From Azolla caroliniana (Eukaryota > Plantae > Polypodiophyta), in NCBI GenBank assembly GCA_043228905.1, contig JBHGNT010000018.1, positions 7,254,001 through 7,318,000 on the forward strand: 64,000 bases of DNA, written 5' to 3'. This document shows, piece after piece, positions 9,445 to 24,018 of this stretch. Under the pieces are notes generated by a model. The model saw only the letters and a list, made by a program, of their open reading frames with translations, was not told where the DNA came from and made no database searches. How positions within the stretch are numbered: the first letter of the stretch is position 1; each line of letters begins with the position of its first letter. Both the position numbers and the translations under genes were made by a program.

Positions 9445-12400
9445 TCAGACCCTTGCCGTTGCCTCATTCTCCCCTGTTACCGGCTTGCCGTCTCCTCCGT
9501 CTTGGTGGTTGCCGTTCCCCTCACAGGTTGCCGTTTCCTCACCGATTCCCGATCCGGTGTCGGTCCTTTGCTAAAATGGGTTCTTGGGCATCGATCCTCT
9601 ATATGGCTTCAATCTGAATCCGTTGACCCATTTGCCTAGCACTTCGCCGGCAAGTGTCCCTAACTGGTAGGACCCATTATACTCACGTGTCAGCCAATAC
9701 GGGCCGGTCCATCTAAACCGTAGTTTACCCGGCATCTTGCCCATCCGGGTCTGAAATACCAACACCGGCTTGCCGATTGCGAACATTTTGTCATTTCCTT
9801 TCCTGTGCCAGTCGACAAATGCTTTCCGTCGCCGTTGTTCCAATTCTAAGTGCAGGATGCTTGTTAGTCGTTGTTCCTCGAGTTCACACAACGCTGTTAA
9901 CCGTATTGCCTCCGACTCCTTCTCGTTCAGCTGTTCCCGTAGTTGGATCCGTAAGCTTGGTACTTGGAATTCCACCGGCATGACCGCCTCTAGTCCGAAC
10001 GCTAACCGGAATGGTGTTGTTCGGATGCTCGTTTTGTATGCTATCTGGTATGCCCAAAGTGCGCTATGTAGCTTGGTATCCCAATCCGTTTGGTTTTCAT
10101 TGACGATCTTCCGGAGGATATTCTAGAGCGTTTTGTTCGTCGACTCAGCTAACCCGTTTTCTTGTGGATAGTACGGTGTGCTCCGTTTATGGACAACGAC
10201 ATAGAATGTCGTCAGGCTTTCAATCACTTGGGCGAGAAAGTGCCCCCCTTGGTCGCTTATTAATTCGATTGGGCATCCTTAACGGCACCAGATGTATTCG
10301 TATAGAAATTTTGCCGTTGACGCAGCGGTGTTGTCTCTTAAGACTTTGGCCTCCACCCATTTCGTGCAGTAATCCGTCGCGACGATGACGTACCGATTAC
10401 CTGTTCTCATTGCCGGTGGTTTGAACGGTCCAACAAAGTCCAGCCCCCACTTCTGGAATGGTTCGAGTGGTAGTACAGGCTGGTGTGGAATCCGAGCCTC
10501 CTCCGTTGGCTGGCCCATTGGCTGGCATAGGTCACATTCTTTTGCGTACAGTACAACGTCTCTTAATGTAGTTGGCCACCATAGGCCACTTTGCCATATT
10601 TTCCTGGCCATCGCATCTCCGGCATAGTGACCTCCGGCAACTCCGCAGTGGGCTTCCCTCAGTATGAGGTCCTTTTCATCGCTGCGCACAGCCCTTCTCC
10701 ATATGCCGTCCGCGCCCTTGTGGTAAAGTGTGTCTCACAGTAAGCAGAAATGTCGGCTTTGCACCGCCAGGCGTTTCCTTTCATCCCGGTTCATCTCCTC
10801 CGGAGGCAGTCTTGTGCTCAGAAACTGGTGCATATTTGTGAGCCACTTGTCTTCCTGGGCCACCGTCTCATCTGCTGCCGTTTCCGTAGTGACTCGAAAC
10901 AGCTCCGCATCTGGAAACTCGTCCGCTATTCCGTCGCCCGTCTCTCTGGACTCTAATCGGCTTAAGTAATCCGCCACGGCATGCTGTATACCGGGTCGGT
11001 GGAATATTTCGAACTCAAATTCCTGTAACAGTAAGGTCCACCGGGCCAACTTACCGGCGAGTGACGCCTTGGACACCAGGTAAAGGAGTGTCGAATGATC
11101 TACATGGAAGGAAAACTTCCTTCCCAATAAATAATGCCGAAACTTTGTCACACTGTAGATCATCCCTAGAGCTTCCCGTTCCGTGGTAGAGTAGTTCCGT
11201 TCCGCTTGGGATAGCTTTCGGCTGGCATAGTACACTGGCCGGTACCACTTTGGCTCCGTAAGCTGCATCAGTGCGCTTCCGATTGCGATGTCAGAGGTGT
11301 CCACGAACACATGAAATTCTTTACTCCAATTCGGAGGCTGCACTACTGGTGCTTGCCACAATAGTACCTTGAGGGCCGTATACGCCCTATCCTCGGTGTC
11401 CGTCCACTGGAATGGTGTTCGAGGTACCGTGGCATGCAACGGTGTACCCAGGTCGGCCAAGTATCGGAGCATCCGGTTGTGCCACCGGATCTGGCCTAAG
11501 AACCGGCTCAATGCCTTTGCCGTTGTCGGCGTCGGTGCTTCTAATATGGCTTTCACTTTGTCCGGGTGGACTGCAATACCTTCCTGGCTCACAATATGTC
11601 CTAGTAAGGTTCCACTGGACACGCCAAATACACACTTCGCCGGATTCAAGCTTAGTCGGTACGCTCTACACTTTTCTAGACAAAGATGGAGGTGCTGAAA
11701 ATGGTCCTCCTCCCGGTTATAGACGGCGAAATCGTCAAGGAAAACCTGCATAAAAGCCGGGATATATTCACCAAAGATTTCCATGATGATTCGTTGAAAT
11801 GTTGCTGGTGCGGTTTTGAGTCCGAACATCATCACCATGGCCACAAACACCCCCATTCGGTGACGAAAGCCGTTTTCTCTTGGTCGTCGGGGTGCATCCG
11901 GATCTGATTATACCCGTTGAATCCGTCTAGAAATCTATAGACCTCATGGCCGGCGACGGCATCCAACACTCCATCTGTGAACGGAAGTGGAAACGCATCT
12001 GTTACCGTAGCTGCATTGAGTTTCCGGTAGTCCACACAAACTCAGATTTTTCCATTCTTCTTCGGTACAACTACGATCGGGCTCAGCCATGTCGCTTTCT
12101 TTACCGGACGGAGAAAGCCAACTCTTAGCAGTTTGTCGATTTCCTCCTTGACTTTGGCGGCATAATTGGGATTCATCCGGTACCGTCTTTGTGCCACTAG
12201 TTTTGCGTCCTTGCTCAACTGAATCTGATGCCGGTATAACTGAGGGTCGAGCCCTCGCATGTCTTCGTACGACCAAGCAAACACGTCACGAAATTCCGTG
12301 AGCAGTGTGATCATCGCCGTTTTGTCTTCGGACTTCATCTCCTTGGCGATGTGCACCGGTTTTGCTTCGTCCGTGGTCCCTAGGTTCACGTCTTCAAGTT

Positions 12401-15224
12401 GCGACACTTTTACGCGCTATGAAACGGCCATTTCCCGTTCTAATGCTTCCTGTGCTTGCCGTAACTCTCGGATTGCGTCTTTATCCGGTTCTGCTTCAGT
12501 CTCTTCCGGCTGCGGTAAGTATGGTGCTACTGCTTCGGCAATGTCAATTTCGAAGAGGGGTACGATCTTTGGGTTTTCCTGCAAGTACTGAGCTTCTTCT
12601 TCGTCAGCTAACCCTTCTAGCATGTTGACGCACTCTGCATACAATGGTGTACATTCCTTGCCAGTGCTCGTCCTTGGCTGTGTTAGTACCCGTACCTTGG
12701 CTTTTCCTCGCCGGAAGGTAATTATATTTTTCCTCCAATTCTGTTTGATATGTGCCGTTTTCAACCACGGCCACCCCAGCAATAGCGGGTATGCGCCTTG
12801 TGCCTGTAATTGTAGCACTACTGCCGAGATGTGAAATGTATGACCGCCAATGGTGACTTCTAATTTTCGTATTAATCCTGTCGGCCGCACTGAGCTTGTA
12901 TCAGCCATCTGTAACTAGAACGAACACGGCTCCCACTCGTGGATTCCCAAGCCATCACACGTCCGGAGGCTTATTACATTCACCCCGGAGCCTCCGTCTA
13001 TTACTGTGTTGGGGAGTTCTTTCCCTTTTACAATGGCAGTAATTACCGGACTGTTGGTGTCCACCACCGTTGGTCCCTCCTCCGGATTCGAGAAGAGTAC
13101 CGGTGCCGGTGATGATTCTCCTTCCGTCATGGCTGTCTTCAGTCCTTCCGTGAATCTCGGCACGAGCTGTAGGAGTCTTCCTAGTGGCAGCGTAATCTGG
13201 CATTCTTGCAACGCCTGCCATGTCTCATTCTCGGAGTGACTGCCGCCGGTAAGCCCTGCGGTGTTCTCCTTTTGCCGTTGTAAGTCTGTGACATTTTGCT
13301 CATTTGCTTTCTTCACCCATTCTGTCGCTTGCTTCCGGATGGTCTCCTGCGTCTCCCATTCCTTGGCCATGCCCTTTGACCTTGTGGTCACCTGCAGCAG
13401 ATCTGCCACTTCAGGGACTACCATATTTACTGTTGGTCGTTTGTCATAGCTCTTCGCCGGGCATTGATTATTATAATGGCTTTCCTGTCGGCAGTAGTAG
13501 CAGTAGGCTTTCCGGGTATTGCTGGATTCGGCATTGTCTGTTGTACCCGAGGCAGGTCCCGTGGTAAGCGCGGGATTTTGGGCCGGTTGGCTGCTTGAAG
13601 CTCCTTGTTCTAGATCCCGTGGGTAGCCGCCTTTTTTGAAATGTCGTTTTTTGTTATAGTTCTTCTTATTGCGGTACTCTTGACGAGGTTGGTCGTTATA
13701 TCTGCCGTATTCCTCCCGTTGCTGACGATACCCGGGGGAGTGCTCCCGGTCGTAATGTTCGTATCGTCTATTGTAATCCCAGTACCGATCATATCTATCA
13801 TACCGGTCGTAGTTATCCCGCCGATCACAGTACCAGACATCATTCTCCCGTCGATCGCCATACCGGACATCCTGTGCCGGTCGGTCGCGGTCCATTCGCC
13901 GCCAGCGTTCCTCTTCTTCATCCCGGCTGCTGTGTGGCTCTATTTGTCGGACGGGCGGTGCTTGCCGGTTCAATGTATTATACTCGCACCTATCCGTCGT
14001 ATGGCACTTGGATTGACAGATTACACATTGCGTTCTCATAGTGCATTCTAGTGCCGAGTGTCCGGAATTCAAGCAGGTTGTTCACTGTATTGCTTGCCGA
14101 AACCGGAGGTCTTCATCGGACAGTAACGCCCGTTGGAATGCTCCCAGTGTGAGCCAGGAGCTTGTCTTTTCCATCTCTCTCACCCGGTCAATGACCTGGT
14201 CAATGGTAATTGCGCGGAAGTCAATTACCGTGCAAACCGTGCGTAGGGGTTCCCGGAGTGCATTTAGGAATATAGTCCGTAATTCCTCCTCCGGGGGTGC
14301 GCGGGCAAGCTGACTATGCATCCGTTGAAACCGGATGACAAACTGGGGAATGCTCTCTCCTGCCTCTTGTCGGATGGTATAAGACAAGCCCATCATTTCG
14401 GTCTGGTCCACCTCCTTTTGGAAAAAATGCAAGAATTTAGCTTTTAAATCTGCGAAGGTGGTGATAGTAGACGGGTCCTACGTCGGGCGCCATCTTGCTG
14501 CCGGTCCTTCCAATGTGACGCCAAATTCCGCTATCTTAGAGCGTTCCTCTTCCTCCTGGGTCAATCGCTGGGACACATGGTTTGCTTCCCATGTCTTTTC
14601 AAAGGAGTGAACATGAGCTTCCGCATCCGGATCATCTCTATACTTGGAGTACTAGAACGGCATGTCGTCGTCCTGTATTGGTGCGCGGGCTGGTGGTGTT
14701 GGAGGTCGTTCCTGGTTTTTCTCCGGCGTTGGTGGTCTTTCCTCTTCTTTTGGTGATGGAGGCCTCTCCTCCTCGACTTCCGGTGTCGGAGGTCGCTCTT
14801 CCTCTGCTTCTGGTTCTGGAGGTTCCAGCCTTAGCATTTCCGGTTCCAGTGTCGGTAAGGTGTCCGATCCTTCGTCCTCCAGTCCGCCCGGGGTTTCGTT
14901 GCTGCTACGGTAGTTCGTGTGCACGCTGTATTCCCCTTCGGAATCTGATTCATACGTTGAAAAGGCTTCTGCTTCCCCTTCTCCGCTTGCCAACGCCTGG
15001 AGAAGGGATTCGGTTTCCCGGAGGCTGCTTAGGCTGTTGCCGTCGTCCGGGTGCGATGTTTGCTGTAACCAGAGGGACTCCTCCGCTACTCTCCGGATTA
15101 CGTTGGAAAACGAGCGATCCGCTCTAATTTCCTGCGTCGCTGGCTGGAAAGTCTCACGTCTCCTTTGCCTTTCGGCAAGGCGTCGAGTTCGATCTGTAAC
15201 CAAGTCGTGCGTTGATCTAGTCAT
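9445..15224 (-). pseudogene. gag-pol of G1 with stops and frameshifts
   Basis: Retrotrans_gag-like segment, CCHC knuckles (CVICQSKCHTTDRC, CYYCRQESHYNNQC), [75 protein letters not shown]. Confidence 0.92.
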
Positions 15225-15259
15225 CCATTCGTGCCCTCGTTCGCTGCAAAATTAGGAAT

Positions 15260-15270
15260 CGTGATCGCCA
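15260..15270 (-). promoter_or_regulatory. Primer-binding site of G1 (tRNA-Arg-like)
   Basis: TGGCGATCACG follows the 5' LTR after a CAGTTTT spacer and is complementary to a tRNA end ...CGTGATCG-CCA. The Arg(CCG/UCG) assignment is from memory. Confidence 0.7.
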
Positions 15271-15277
15271 AAAACTG

Positions 15278-15713
15278 TGTTAACTCTTAGGGTCGGACAA
15301 TGGCCTAACACAGGGTGTCTACGGAAGACACTTCACCAAAGGGGTGTTACGGCAATAGGATTAGACTCAACGATTAATCCGACTTAATTAGGCTACTTAG
15401 CAAGATCGTCCTTAATAATCACACGCGTAAGATATAACACTGAATGCAGAACGACAATTAACACAGAGAGATAAAAACCACTAAGCTTTATTAATTAACC
15501 GATGCTCATTACATTGTATCCGGGCCTTTAAATAGGTTTCCGGTTTGTATTACAAAACGGTGTCATCCGCACTTGTTCGGGATCGGTCCGGATCTGGAAC
15601 GGCATACCGATTTCGGTCGGTCCGTCCACACTAATAGCTTACTTACAACCATTCCTTAATAATTAAATAACTCCTTCGTTTCACACTCTGGACTCCTATG
15701 TCGGCCGGTAATA
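15278..15713 (-). repeat. 5' LTR of G1
   Basis: Near-identical to 5784-6219. The outer terminus is mutated (TA instead of TG on the element strand). Confidence 0.95.
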
Positions 15714-15724
15714 ACGGACTTTCA

Positions 15725-15996
15725 AGACAACGTTTAAGCGACAAGGAATCGGAAAAGATATGGCTGGCAGCTTTATGTGAATTAGAAGAGCACCGGATAG
15801 CCAGTGTGCTACAATTGGAACTAGAGCCGAAGAAGACGGGAATGCCGGAGATGGAAAGGACCAACGTGAGGAGAAACTAGAGTAGGAGCAACAAAGTGAG
15901 GAACCTCTCGAACCCCTTGACCAGAGTTTCTTGGACATACTTGATGAAGAGTAGTGGAGCTACCCATGGGTTCAACGTACAATGTACTGTCCCACA
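15725..15996 (+). pseudogene. Heavily deleted relic of a third G-family element (IN C-terminal piece, end of extra ORF, tRNA-like motif)
   Basis: RLSDKESEKIWLAALCELEEHRIASVLQLELE, then EPLEPLDQSFLDILDEE*, then ATGGGTTCAACGTACAATGTACTGTCCCAC. Confidence 0.75.
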
Positions 15997-18900
15997 ATGC
16001 CATACCAATATCCGAAGTATCGGGATGACCCGGACGTGAAGGCCCATGTATACGTGTTTCTCCAAATTTGGGAGGCGAATCATGTCTCCCAACGACTGAA
16101 CGATGCAGAGGTAGAATGATCAAAAATTGCGGAATTCGGCATGACTTTGGAGGGACCCGCGACACGTTGGCACTCCAAGCACCTTCCCGGCAACATCGCC
16201 ACGTTTGAGGATTTAAAGACTACATTTCTACGCTTCTTCGACAGACAGGTGGATCAAAGAGAGATTGTCGACCAATTTTATATGACACCACAGAACCCGT
16301 CCGAAACCATTCAGCAGTTCGTTATCCGGTTCCAAACGATGCATAATCAACTCACTAGAGCACCGCTAGAAGCTGAAGCGAAAGTGGTATTTTTGGCAAC
16401 ATTCCGGGAACCTCTCCGAACCATGTGTGTGGTCATAGATTTTCGGACCAGTAGAATAGACCAGGTAATTGATCGGGTCTGGAAATGGGCAAAACGAGTT
16501 TGTGGTTGACGATGGGAGCACTTCAAAGAACACTCCCCATCGAACAGGACCTACGCTTTCGCTAGGCGGTCCAATGCATGACGTGCCTTAACCCTGGGCA
16601 CTCAACAATAGAGTGCACGATGAGATCACAGTGCATGCTATGCCATTCTCGGTCACATACAATGGGCCGCTGCGAGTACAACCCGCTGAATCAACAAGCT
16701 GCACTAGTTCAGCACATCGAGACCCGGAATGACCAGGAGGACAAAGAAGAATGATTTCGGTGAGACGATTGCTACCGATAGGTACAAGACGTTCGATATA
16801 GTGACCGACGGGAAGATTATGACCAAGACCAGAGCGAGAGAAGCTGCGACTATAATGGCGATCGTTATAATCGAGATTACTCCCCCGGCTATGATCGGAG
16901 AAGAGAGGATCAATGGGAAGACTATGAAGACCGGCGCCGGCAAGGATCCCGGAACAACCGATGCTATAATAAAAAATGGAACGCTCGGAAAGAGGATCGT
17001 CGGGAACCGGCAAAGGATGACCAACGAGAGCTAGACAAAAGCATAACTAGTGCTCAAACGGAACAAAGAAGAGTAGAGGAGCTTAACCGGATAGTATCCG
17101 GATTTCAACCTGGTAACATGCAAAAAGCAGAGTCAAGCAATATACGGAAGGCGTATTGCTACTATTGCCACCAGGAGGGACACTATAGCAACCAATGTCC
17201 GGTAAAGAGTCATGACAAATGACTGGCAGTCAACATGGTGGTCACGGAAGGGGCGGACATCCAGCAAGTCACCACTAGATCGAAGGGAAAGATGGCTAAA
17301 TGGGAGGTTGAGGAAGCTATCCGCAAACAAACTACGTAGTGGATTGAAACGGCAAACGAACAGAATGTCACCGAATTGAAGGAGCAAAGGAACGCATTGG
17401 AGGAACCTACAGAGACGAGGCAGCAGGAAAACCCCACTTGGCGGGCATTACAGGAATGCCCGATCATGCTACGACTGGGTCGGTTACTGCAATTGGTGCC
17501 CCGATTCACCGATGGGTTTAAATCAGCATGGGTCCCACCAACCCCCACACCGGCTCCGACGTTCTTTTCGAATCCGGAGGAAGGGTCGGTAGTGGTTGAT
17601 ACCAGCAGTCCCGCAATCACCACCATTATCAAAGGACGGGAAGTACAGGGGACGATCATCGATGGCGGATTGGGAGTAAACGTAATTAGCCTACAAACAT
17701 GCAATACTCGTGGAATCCAACAATGGGAACCATGCCCGTTCTTGCTCCGGATGGCGGACACCAGCTTAGTACACCCGACCAAATTGATCCGGGATTTGGA
17801 GGTAACAATCGGAGGCCATGCTTTCCGGATTTCTGCGGTTGTCCTTCAGTTGAATGCGCAGGGAGCATACCCACTGTTGCTGGGACGACCATGGTTACAG
17901 ACCGCCAACATCAAACAGAAGTAGCAGAAGAACAACATTATGTTTCGAAGGGGGAAAACTAAGGTAAGAGTACCCATGCACCCTCAAGCGGGCCCAGGCA
18001 AGGAAGTAACACCGTTATCTACTGGAAGGGCTTGCCGATGAGGAGGTAGATCGCTACCTTGATGAAAACCCAGGGATAGTCACTCTATTCGAAGTAGACA
18101 TAGCAGAGGCAGTGTCCCCATATATTGGGAAATCGGAGGATGCTGGTGAGGAGCCGGATAGGGACACGATTTGGGAATTGCGACAAGCACAAGAGGCCCT
18201 AGAGCGAGAGATGGCAGTATCACAACGGGTGAAAGCATCACAGTTGGAAGAAGTGAATCTGGGAACCAACTAAGAAGCAAGACCGGTGCAAGTGGCCAAA
18301 GAAATGCCACGGGAGGAGAAATCAGCAATGATCACATTATTGAAAGAATTCCGGGACATATTTGCGTGGTCATATGAAGACATGCGGGGATTGGACCCGC
18401 AATTATATCAACACTAGATTCATTTAAGCAAGGATGCGACTCCGGTAGCGTAGAGATGTTACCGGATGAATCCGAATTATGCGGCTAAAGTAAAAGAAGA
18501 GATCGACAAGTTGCTGCGGGTTGGGTTCATCCGGCCGGTGAAGAAAGCCACCTAGCTAAGCCCGATCGTGGTGGTACCGAAGAAAAACGGAAAGATCTGG
18601 GTCTGTGTGGATTACCAGAAATTGAATGCTACCACTATCACTAATGCATTCTCATTCCCATTCACGGATGGAGTCTTGGATGCAGAAGTAGACCATGAGG
18701 TGTATAGCTTCCTCAATGGATTCAACGGGTATAACCAAATCAGGATGCACCCGGATGATCAGGAGAAAACAACGTTCGTCATTGAATGGGGAGTCTTTGT
18801 CGCAGTCGTGATGATCTTCGAACGGAAGACGGCACCGACAACGTTCCAACAAACCATCATGGAAATTTTTGGGGAATTTATCCTACCGTTTATGCACATG

Positions 18901-21170
18901 TTCTTGGATGATTTTGCGGTGTACAACAAGAAAGGAGAACATCTTGACCATCTCCGGTTATGCCTGGAGAAATGCAGAGGTTACTGGCTAAGTCTGAACC
19001 CGGCAAAATGCGTATTCGGGGTAACCAACGACACGTTACTAGGCCATATTGTGACTAAGGACGGGATTGCGGTGGACCCGGATAAAGTTAAAGCCATTTT
19101 GGACGCACCGACACCAACATCTGCCAAAGCTCTGAGCCATTTTTTAGGGAAAATCCGGTGGCATAGCCGAATGCTCCGATACTTGGCCGATCTTGCGACA
19201 CCACTACACACAACTGTACACCAGACACCTTTCCAATGGACACAACCGGAGGATAAGGCATACCATGCGCTCAAAATAATGTTTTCCCACGCACCGGTCA
19301 TACAACCCCCGGATTGGTCGAAGGAATTTCATGTGATCGTGGACGCATTTGATATCGTGATTGGCAACGTTCTTATGCAGCTCACCAAATCAAAGTGGTA
19401 CCGGCTGGTTTACTACGTTAGTCGAAAGCTCTCCCAAGCGGAACAGAAGTATTCAACAACGGAAAGGGAAGCCTTGGGAATGATATATAACGTAAAGAAG
19501 TTCCGTCACTATTTGCTGGGATGAAAATTCTCATTCCACGTAGATCATTCGGCTTTACTTTACTTGGTTTCCAAGGCATCTCTAACTGGCAAACTAGCAC
19601 GATGGATGTTGCTTCTATAGGAGTTCGAATTCGAGATTTACCACAGACCGGGAGTACAACATGTGGTTGTGGATTACTTGAGCCGGTTAGAATCCGGAGA
19701 GGCAGGCGACGGTGTCAAAGATGACCTTCTGGATGTGCAGTTGTTCAGGGTAACAACGAAGAATACGATGGACGAGACAATGGCCGAGGAAGACAAATGG
19801 CTGACGAATATGCATCATTTTTTAAGCACCGGATTACCTCCGAAAGAACTGAACCGGGACGAACGGAAGCGGTTGGCGGTACAAAGCCGACATTTTTGTT
19901 TACTACAGGATACGTTGTACCACAAGGGAGCGGACGGTATATGGCAAAGAGCTGTTCGGAGTGATGAGAAGGAGATCATTTTACGGGAAGTTGATTGTGG
20001 AGTCGCTGGAGGACATTATGCCGGAGAAGCAATTGCAAAGAAGATATGGCGAAGCGGATTGTGGTGACCTACAAAAATGAAGGAATCAATTCGGTATACA
20101 AAGGAATGCGACTTATGTCAACAGATCGGCCAACCAACGGAACAAGCAAGAATGCCACACTAGCCGGTGTTACCATTGGAGCCATTTCAAAAATGGGGAT
20201 TGGACTTTGTCGGATTGTTCAAACCTCAGGCAAGGCAGACCGGGAACTAGTATATCATTGTAGCAACAGACTACTGCACCAAATGGGTGGAAGCAAAGGC
20301 ACTCTGGGATAATACCGCGACGTTAACGGCCAAGTTCCTATATGAGTGCATTTGGTGCCGGTATGGATGCCCGATAGAACTGATCAGTGATCAAGGAGGA
20401 CATTTCCTCGGTCAAGTAGTAGAGAGCTTGATGACGTTTTATGCGGTCGTACACAAGCAGAGTACACCTTATTATCCACAAGCCAACGGATTGGCCGAAT
20501 CCACCAACAAAACCTTGCCAAACATCCTCCGGAAAATAGTCAATGAAAACCACACTGATTGGGACACGAAGCTGCAGAGTGCGTTGTGGGCTTACCGAAC
20601 CACATAGAAAACAAGTATTCAGACAACACCATTCCATTTAGCTTTCGGATTAGAAGCGGTCATGCCGAGAGAATTTCAAATTCCGAGTTTGCGGATTCAA
20701 GTACGGGAAAGGTTAAGTGAGAAGGAATCGGAGAAAATTTGACTAGCGACATTGTGCGAATTAGAAGAACACCGGATAGCTAGCATTCTGCGGTTGGAAC
20801 TCAAGCAAAGACGATAGAAAGCGTTCGTCGACCAGCACCGGAAGGGAACGAGAAAATGTTCAGAATCAGCAAGTCAGTGTTAGTATTTCAGACCCAGATG
20901 GGCAAAATGCTAGGCAAGCTACAGTTCCGGTGGACAGAATGGTACTGGATAACATGAGAGTTTAACGACTTGTATTAGCTAGGTACGCTGGCCGGCGAGG
21001 TTGTGGAAAAATGGGTAAACGGTTTCCGACTAAAACCGTATTACGGACCAATGTTGCAAACATGTTTAAACAACCAGATGCTGACGCAGAAACCGGGAAC
21101 GGCAGGCGGATAACCAGTAACAAGGAGGAGGAACATACAACGGATCCGGTGTTGCCGGATACAAGGGTTT
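15997..21170 (+). pseudogene. gag-pol of G2 with many stops
   Basis: PR IIDGGLGVN, RT 18568-19524 (VDYQKLN, FLDDF), RH YSTTEREAL, IN ISDQGGHF and YPQANGLAE. Confidence 0.9.
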
Positions 21171-21571
21171 AGAATACCATGCACAAAAAATAGAAAAAGA
21201 AAAAGAAAACCGTCATGTAGGGGCGAGGAGTAAACACGTGAAGTAAAGCCACCATGCAAGTGAAAAAAAAATTAAAAAAATGAATGTAGGCCATTAAAAA
21301 ATGAACGGATACCTCGAAACAGTGTGACATAAGTCATTTAAAGCCACCACACGTCAGACAGCCACTATTAAAAGCACACGACGTGCGTGCGCGGGACTCG
21401 AGAAAAGGCGGCAAGAATGGGAACACAAAACCTTCGCATAACGAAGTCTCTCTCAGATACATAGCACTTAGCACACAAAGACAGATACAGGTGATTAGGC
21501 GAACGCCAGAAGCTACCACAGACACACCAAAGCTCTCCACCAACACCAAAACAGAGGACACATTGGAGCCC

Positions 21572-23398
21572 ATGGCGCTTTCCGAGATGGCCAATAAATG
21601 GTTCACGCAACATGGCTTGGAGGGCTTCCTACGGATAGCAGAGGCACCTCCGCACGAAGAAGCGGAAAAGGTCACGAAGAAGATCGACCTAGAAGTAATC
21701 ACGAAGGAGGCCATCCGCCCCTTAATCGGATTGCCAGAAGGAGGGATCTACTCCATTGAGAATCCTTCCCCAGAGACGGTGACGAAGTTCTTTGGGGAGT
21801 ATTCCCTGGCCAGCAAAACGTACCGGACACAGGGCGGCGACGACGCCTTGTTCCAAGAAGTAGCTCGTGTGCTCCACAAGTATGGGTTTGTGCACCCTCG
21901 ACCCCTGGCAATGCCAAAGAACAAAGTTGGATTCATCATCGCCACATACGAAGTGGAAAAGGTGGATTGGCCCGTAATCATCATTGATTGTTTGCGAGCG
22001 GCCATACAATTGGTGGTAGACGGCAAGAAATGGCTCAATGGCTCACTCTCCTGGTACCGCCGGTGCTGACAGAGGCACCGATAGAGCAACCGGTTAGACC
22101 TCTTAAAATCAAATTGCGTGGGCAAGAGCAAGAGCCGCCTAACTTGGCTCAAGGGATAAACATGAGAACCCAAGAGGAGGAGGCAGAGGAAGAACCCGCC
22201 GACACTCCCCTACGTCGCCGGAAGAGAAGTAACGCAAAGTAGAAGGGGGATGAATCGGGACCAGTAAAAGACAACACACCGACACCCTACTCCAAGGAAC
22301 TAGAGCCAACGAAAGAAACGGAGCCTGATCGGCCAGTAACGGCAAGGGAAGTACCAATCTCAGTGGGTCGACAAGCACAACAAGAAAAGGAGTTGCCGCT
22401 AGAAATAACAATCCAACTAGGGGTTGTGGCGAAAGCAAAGCCAACACCACAACCAGAACTGGCAAGGCAACATGGCACCGACAGTCAATGGCTGCGATGG
22501 ATCGGAGAACAGGTTGCCGGGGTTGTAAGCCAAATGGAAGCAGAAGAGAGAGCACAACGGGATTGGTTGTTCGCCACAACCGAAGAACTTGAGAAGGCCC
22601 GGTCAAGGATTCGGAGCATGGAGGAGGAAATTGAGAAGGCCAAAGCAGACACGGCCAGACAGGTCAGTCAGGGGCCGACAGGACCAAAATCGGTGGCATC
22701 GATGATTGAGTAGACAGATAACACGCCTGTAGCTCCTACAACACCAAACACAAGCATTACACAGGAGCAAGAACTCTGCACTCTCAGGGAAGAGTTAGAA
22801 GCCCAAGGGGCTGTGAGGGCTAGAGAACGAGAGCAGAAGAAGGTAGTGAAGGAGGAGAAATGAAGACTTGAAGAAAATCTCCGGAAAAGTTGCCAATTAA
22901 ATGACCGGTTGAAGGAAGAAAAGGAGAAGCTGCTACAAAAGAAGGATAAGCTTCGGCGATCGGTGGAAACCGAAATGGAGTGGCTCAAAGAAGAACTCTA
23001 ACAGCAGAAAGACTGGGAAGACCGCGCCCGACGCCAAATAAACCAAAAGTTGAAGTAGAAGACGGAGGATTTTGAACGACTGCACCGGGATCAGAAGTAT
23101 TTCGATGCGGAGCACAAGAAGTTGATGGCAGAAGGTGACCGACTGTAGGAGAAGCTAGGGGAACTCCTGAAGGATGTCAATAGGGCAACGAAGGCATTGG
23201 CAGAAGAACGAACCAAGGCGGTCGACATGGCAAAGGCATTGGAAGAAGCGACAAGGGATCGGATGGAGCTCACCCGACAACATTATGTGGAGACGGAACG
23301 AGCAAAGATGGCACTGAATAGAGTTTAGACCACTTATCAAACTAAATTCCTGGAATATGAGATGCAGGCACAGGAATCTGCGGGTCTGATAAAGAAGT
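21572..23398 (+). pseudogene. Extra ORF of G2, N-terminal part
   Basis: MALSEMANKWFTQHGLEGF...GLPEGG...FFGEYSLASK...KVDWPVII and SQWLRWIGEQVA align with the G1 extra ORF. Confidence 0.8.
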
Positions 23399-24005
23399 TG
23401 TTGGGAATCAACGCTTCGATTCACCTTCTTCCCTCGGCCACAAGCGAGTAATCGCGGATCAATGCAGCAGAAAATAGGAAATACAGAGAAAGACACGATA
23501 CACAGGGATTAACGTGGAAAACCCTATACGGGAAAAACCACGGGAGTGCGAAACTCCAAACCAAACTATGCACAGAGAAATATACAATGGCGAGCTGCAA
23601 GGCAACGACCTTGAGCTCGCTGTCCTCGCCACAGGCGGCGGAAATACACAGAGGCGTCTACCTCTTCCTCTCTCGCGCTCTATCTCTCACTCTGTCTCAC
23701 GGCTGCTCCCTCTTCACTCCTCTTGAGTGGAAAAACAGAAAAATGAGAAGCAACAGAAAAACTGTTTGCCCTAAGTCATATTTATACTTATATGACTTTG
23801 GGCTATTTACAACTATAGCCTCAGGGGGCTCGTAGCGAACATATTCACGGATATGTCCCTGCATCCGGATCGCTCTCCGGGTACATTCGTCATCCGGCAC
23901 CGAAGCCGGGGTCTTCGTCATCCGGATCCGAAACCGAAACCGGGCTTGTCGGCATTCATCTCCGATATCCGACCATCCCATCCGAAAGGGACCGAAATCC
24001 CAACA
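23399..24005 (-). repeat. 3' LTR of Copia T
   Basis: TGTTGGGA...TCCCAACA terminal inverted repeat. Confidence 0.96.
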
Positions 24006-24018
24006 AACTCCCCCTTCA
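24006..24018 (-). promoter_or_regulatory. PPT of Copia T
   Basis: TGAAGGGGGAGTT abuts the LTR and overlaps the stop codon. Confidence 0.92.

Larger units (their letters stand above)
5784..15713 (-). mobile_element. Ty3/Gypsy non-chromovirus element G1 (Phygy/Athila-like), structurally complete, coding region decayed
   Basis: Two 436-bp LTRs (5784-6219, 15278-15713), 5-bp TSD ACGGA (5779-5783, 15714-15718), and Gag-PR-RT-RH-IN order. No chromodomain or additional RNase H seen. Extra 3' ORF present. Confidence 0.95.

Noticed and set aside
15997-21170. U-to-C RNA editing as an explanation for the many TAG/TGA stops
   Set aside because: Such editing is organellar, frameshifts are also present, and methyl-C deamination explains the pattern.
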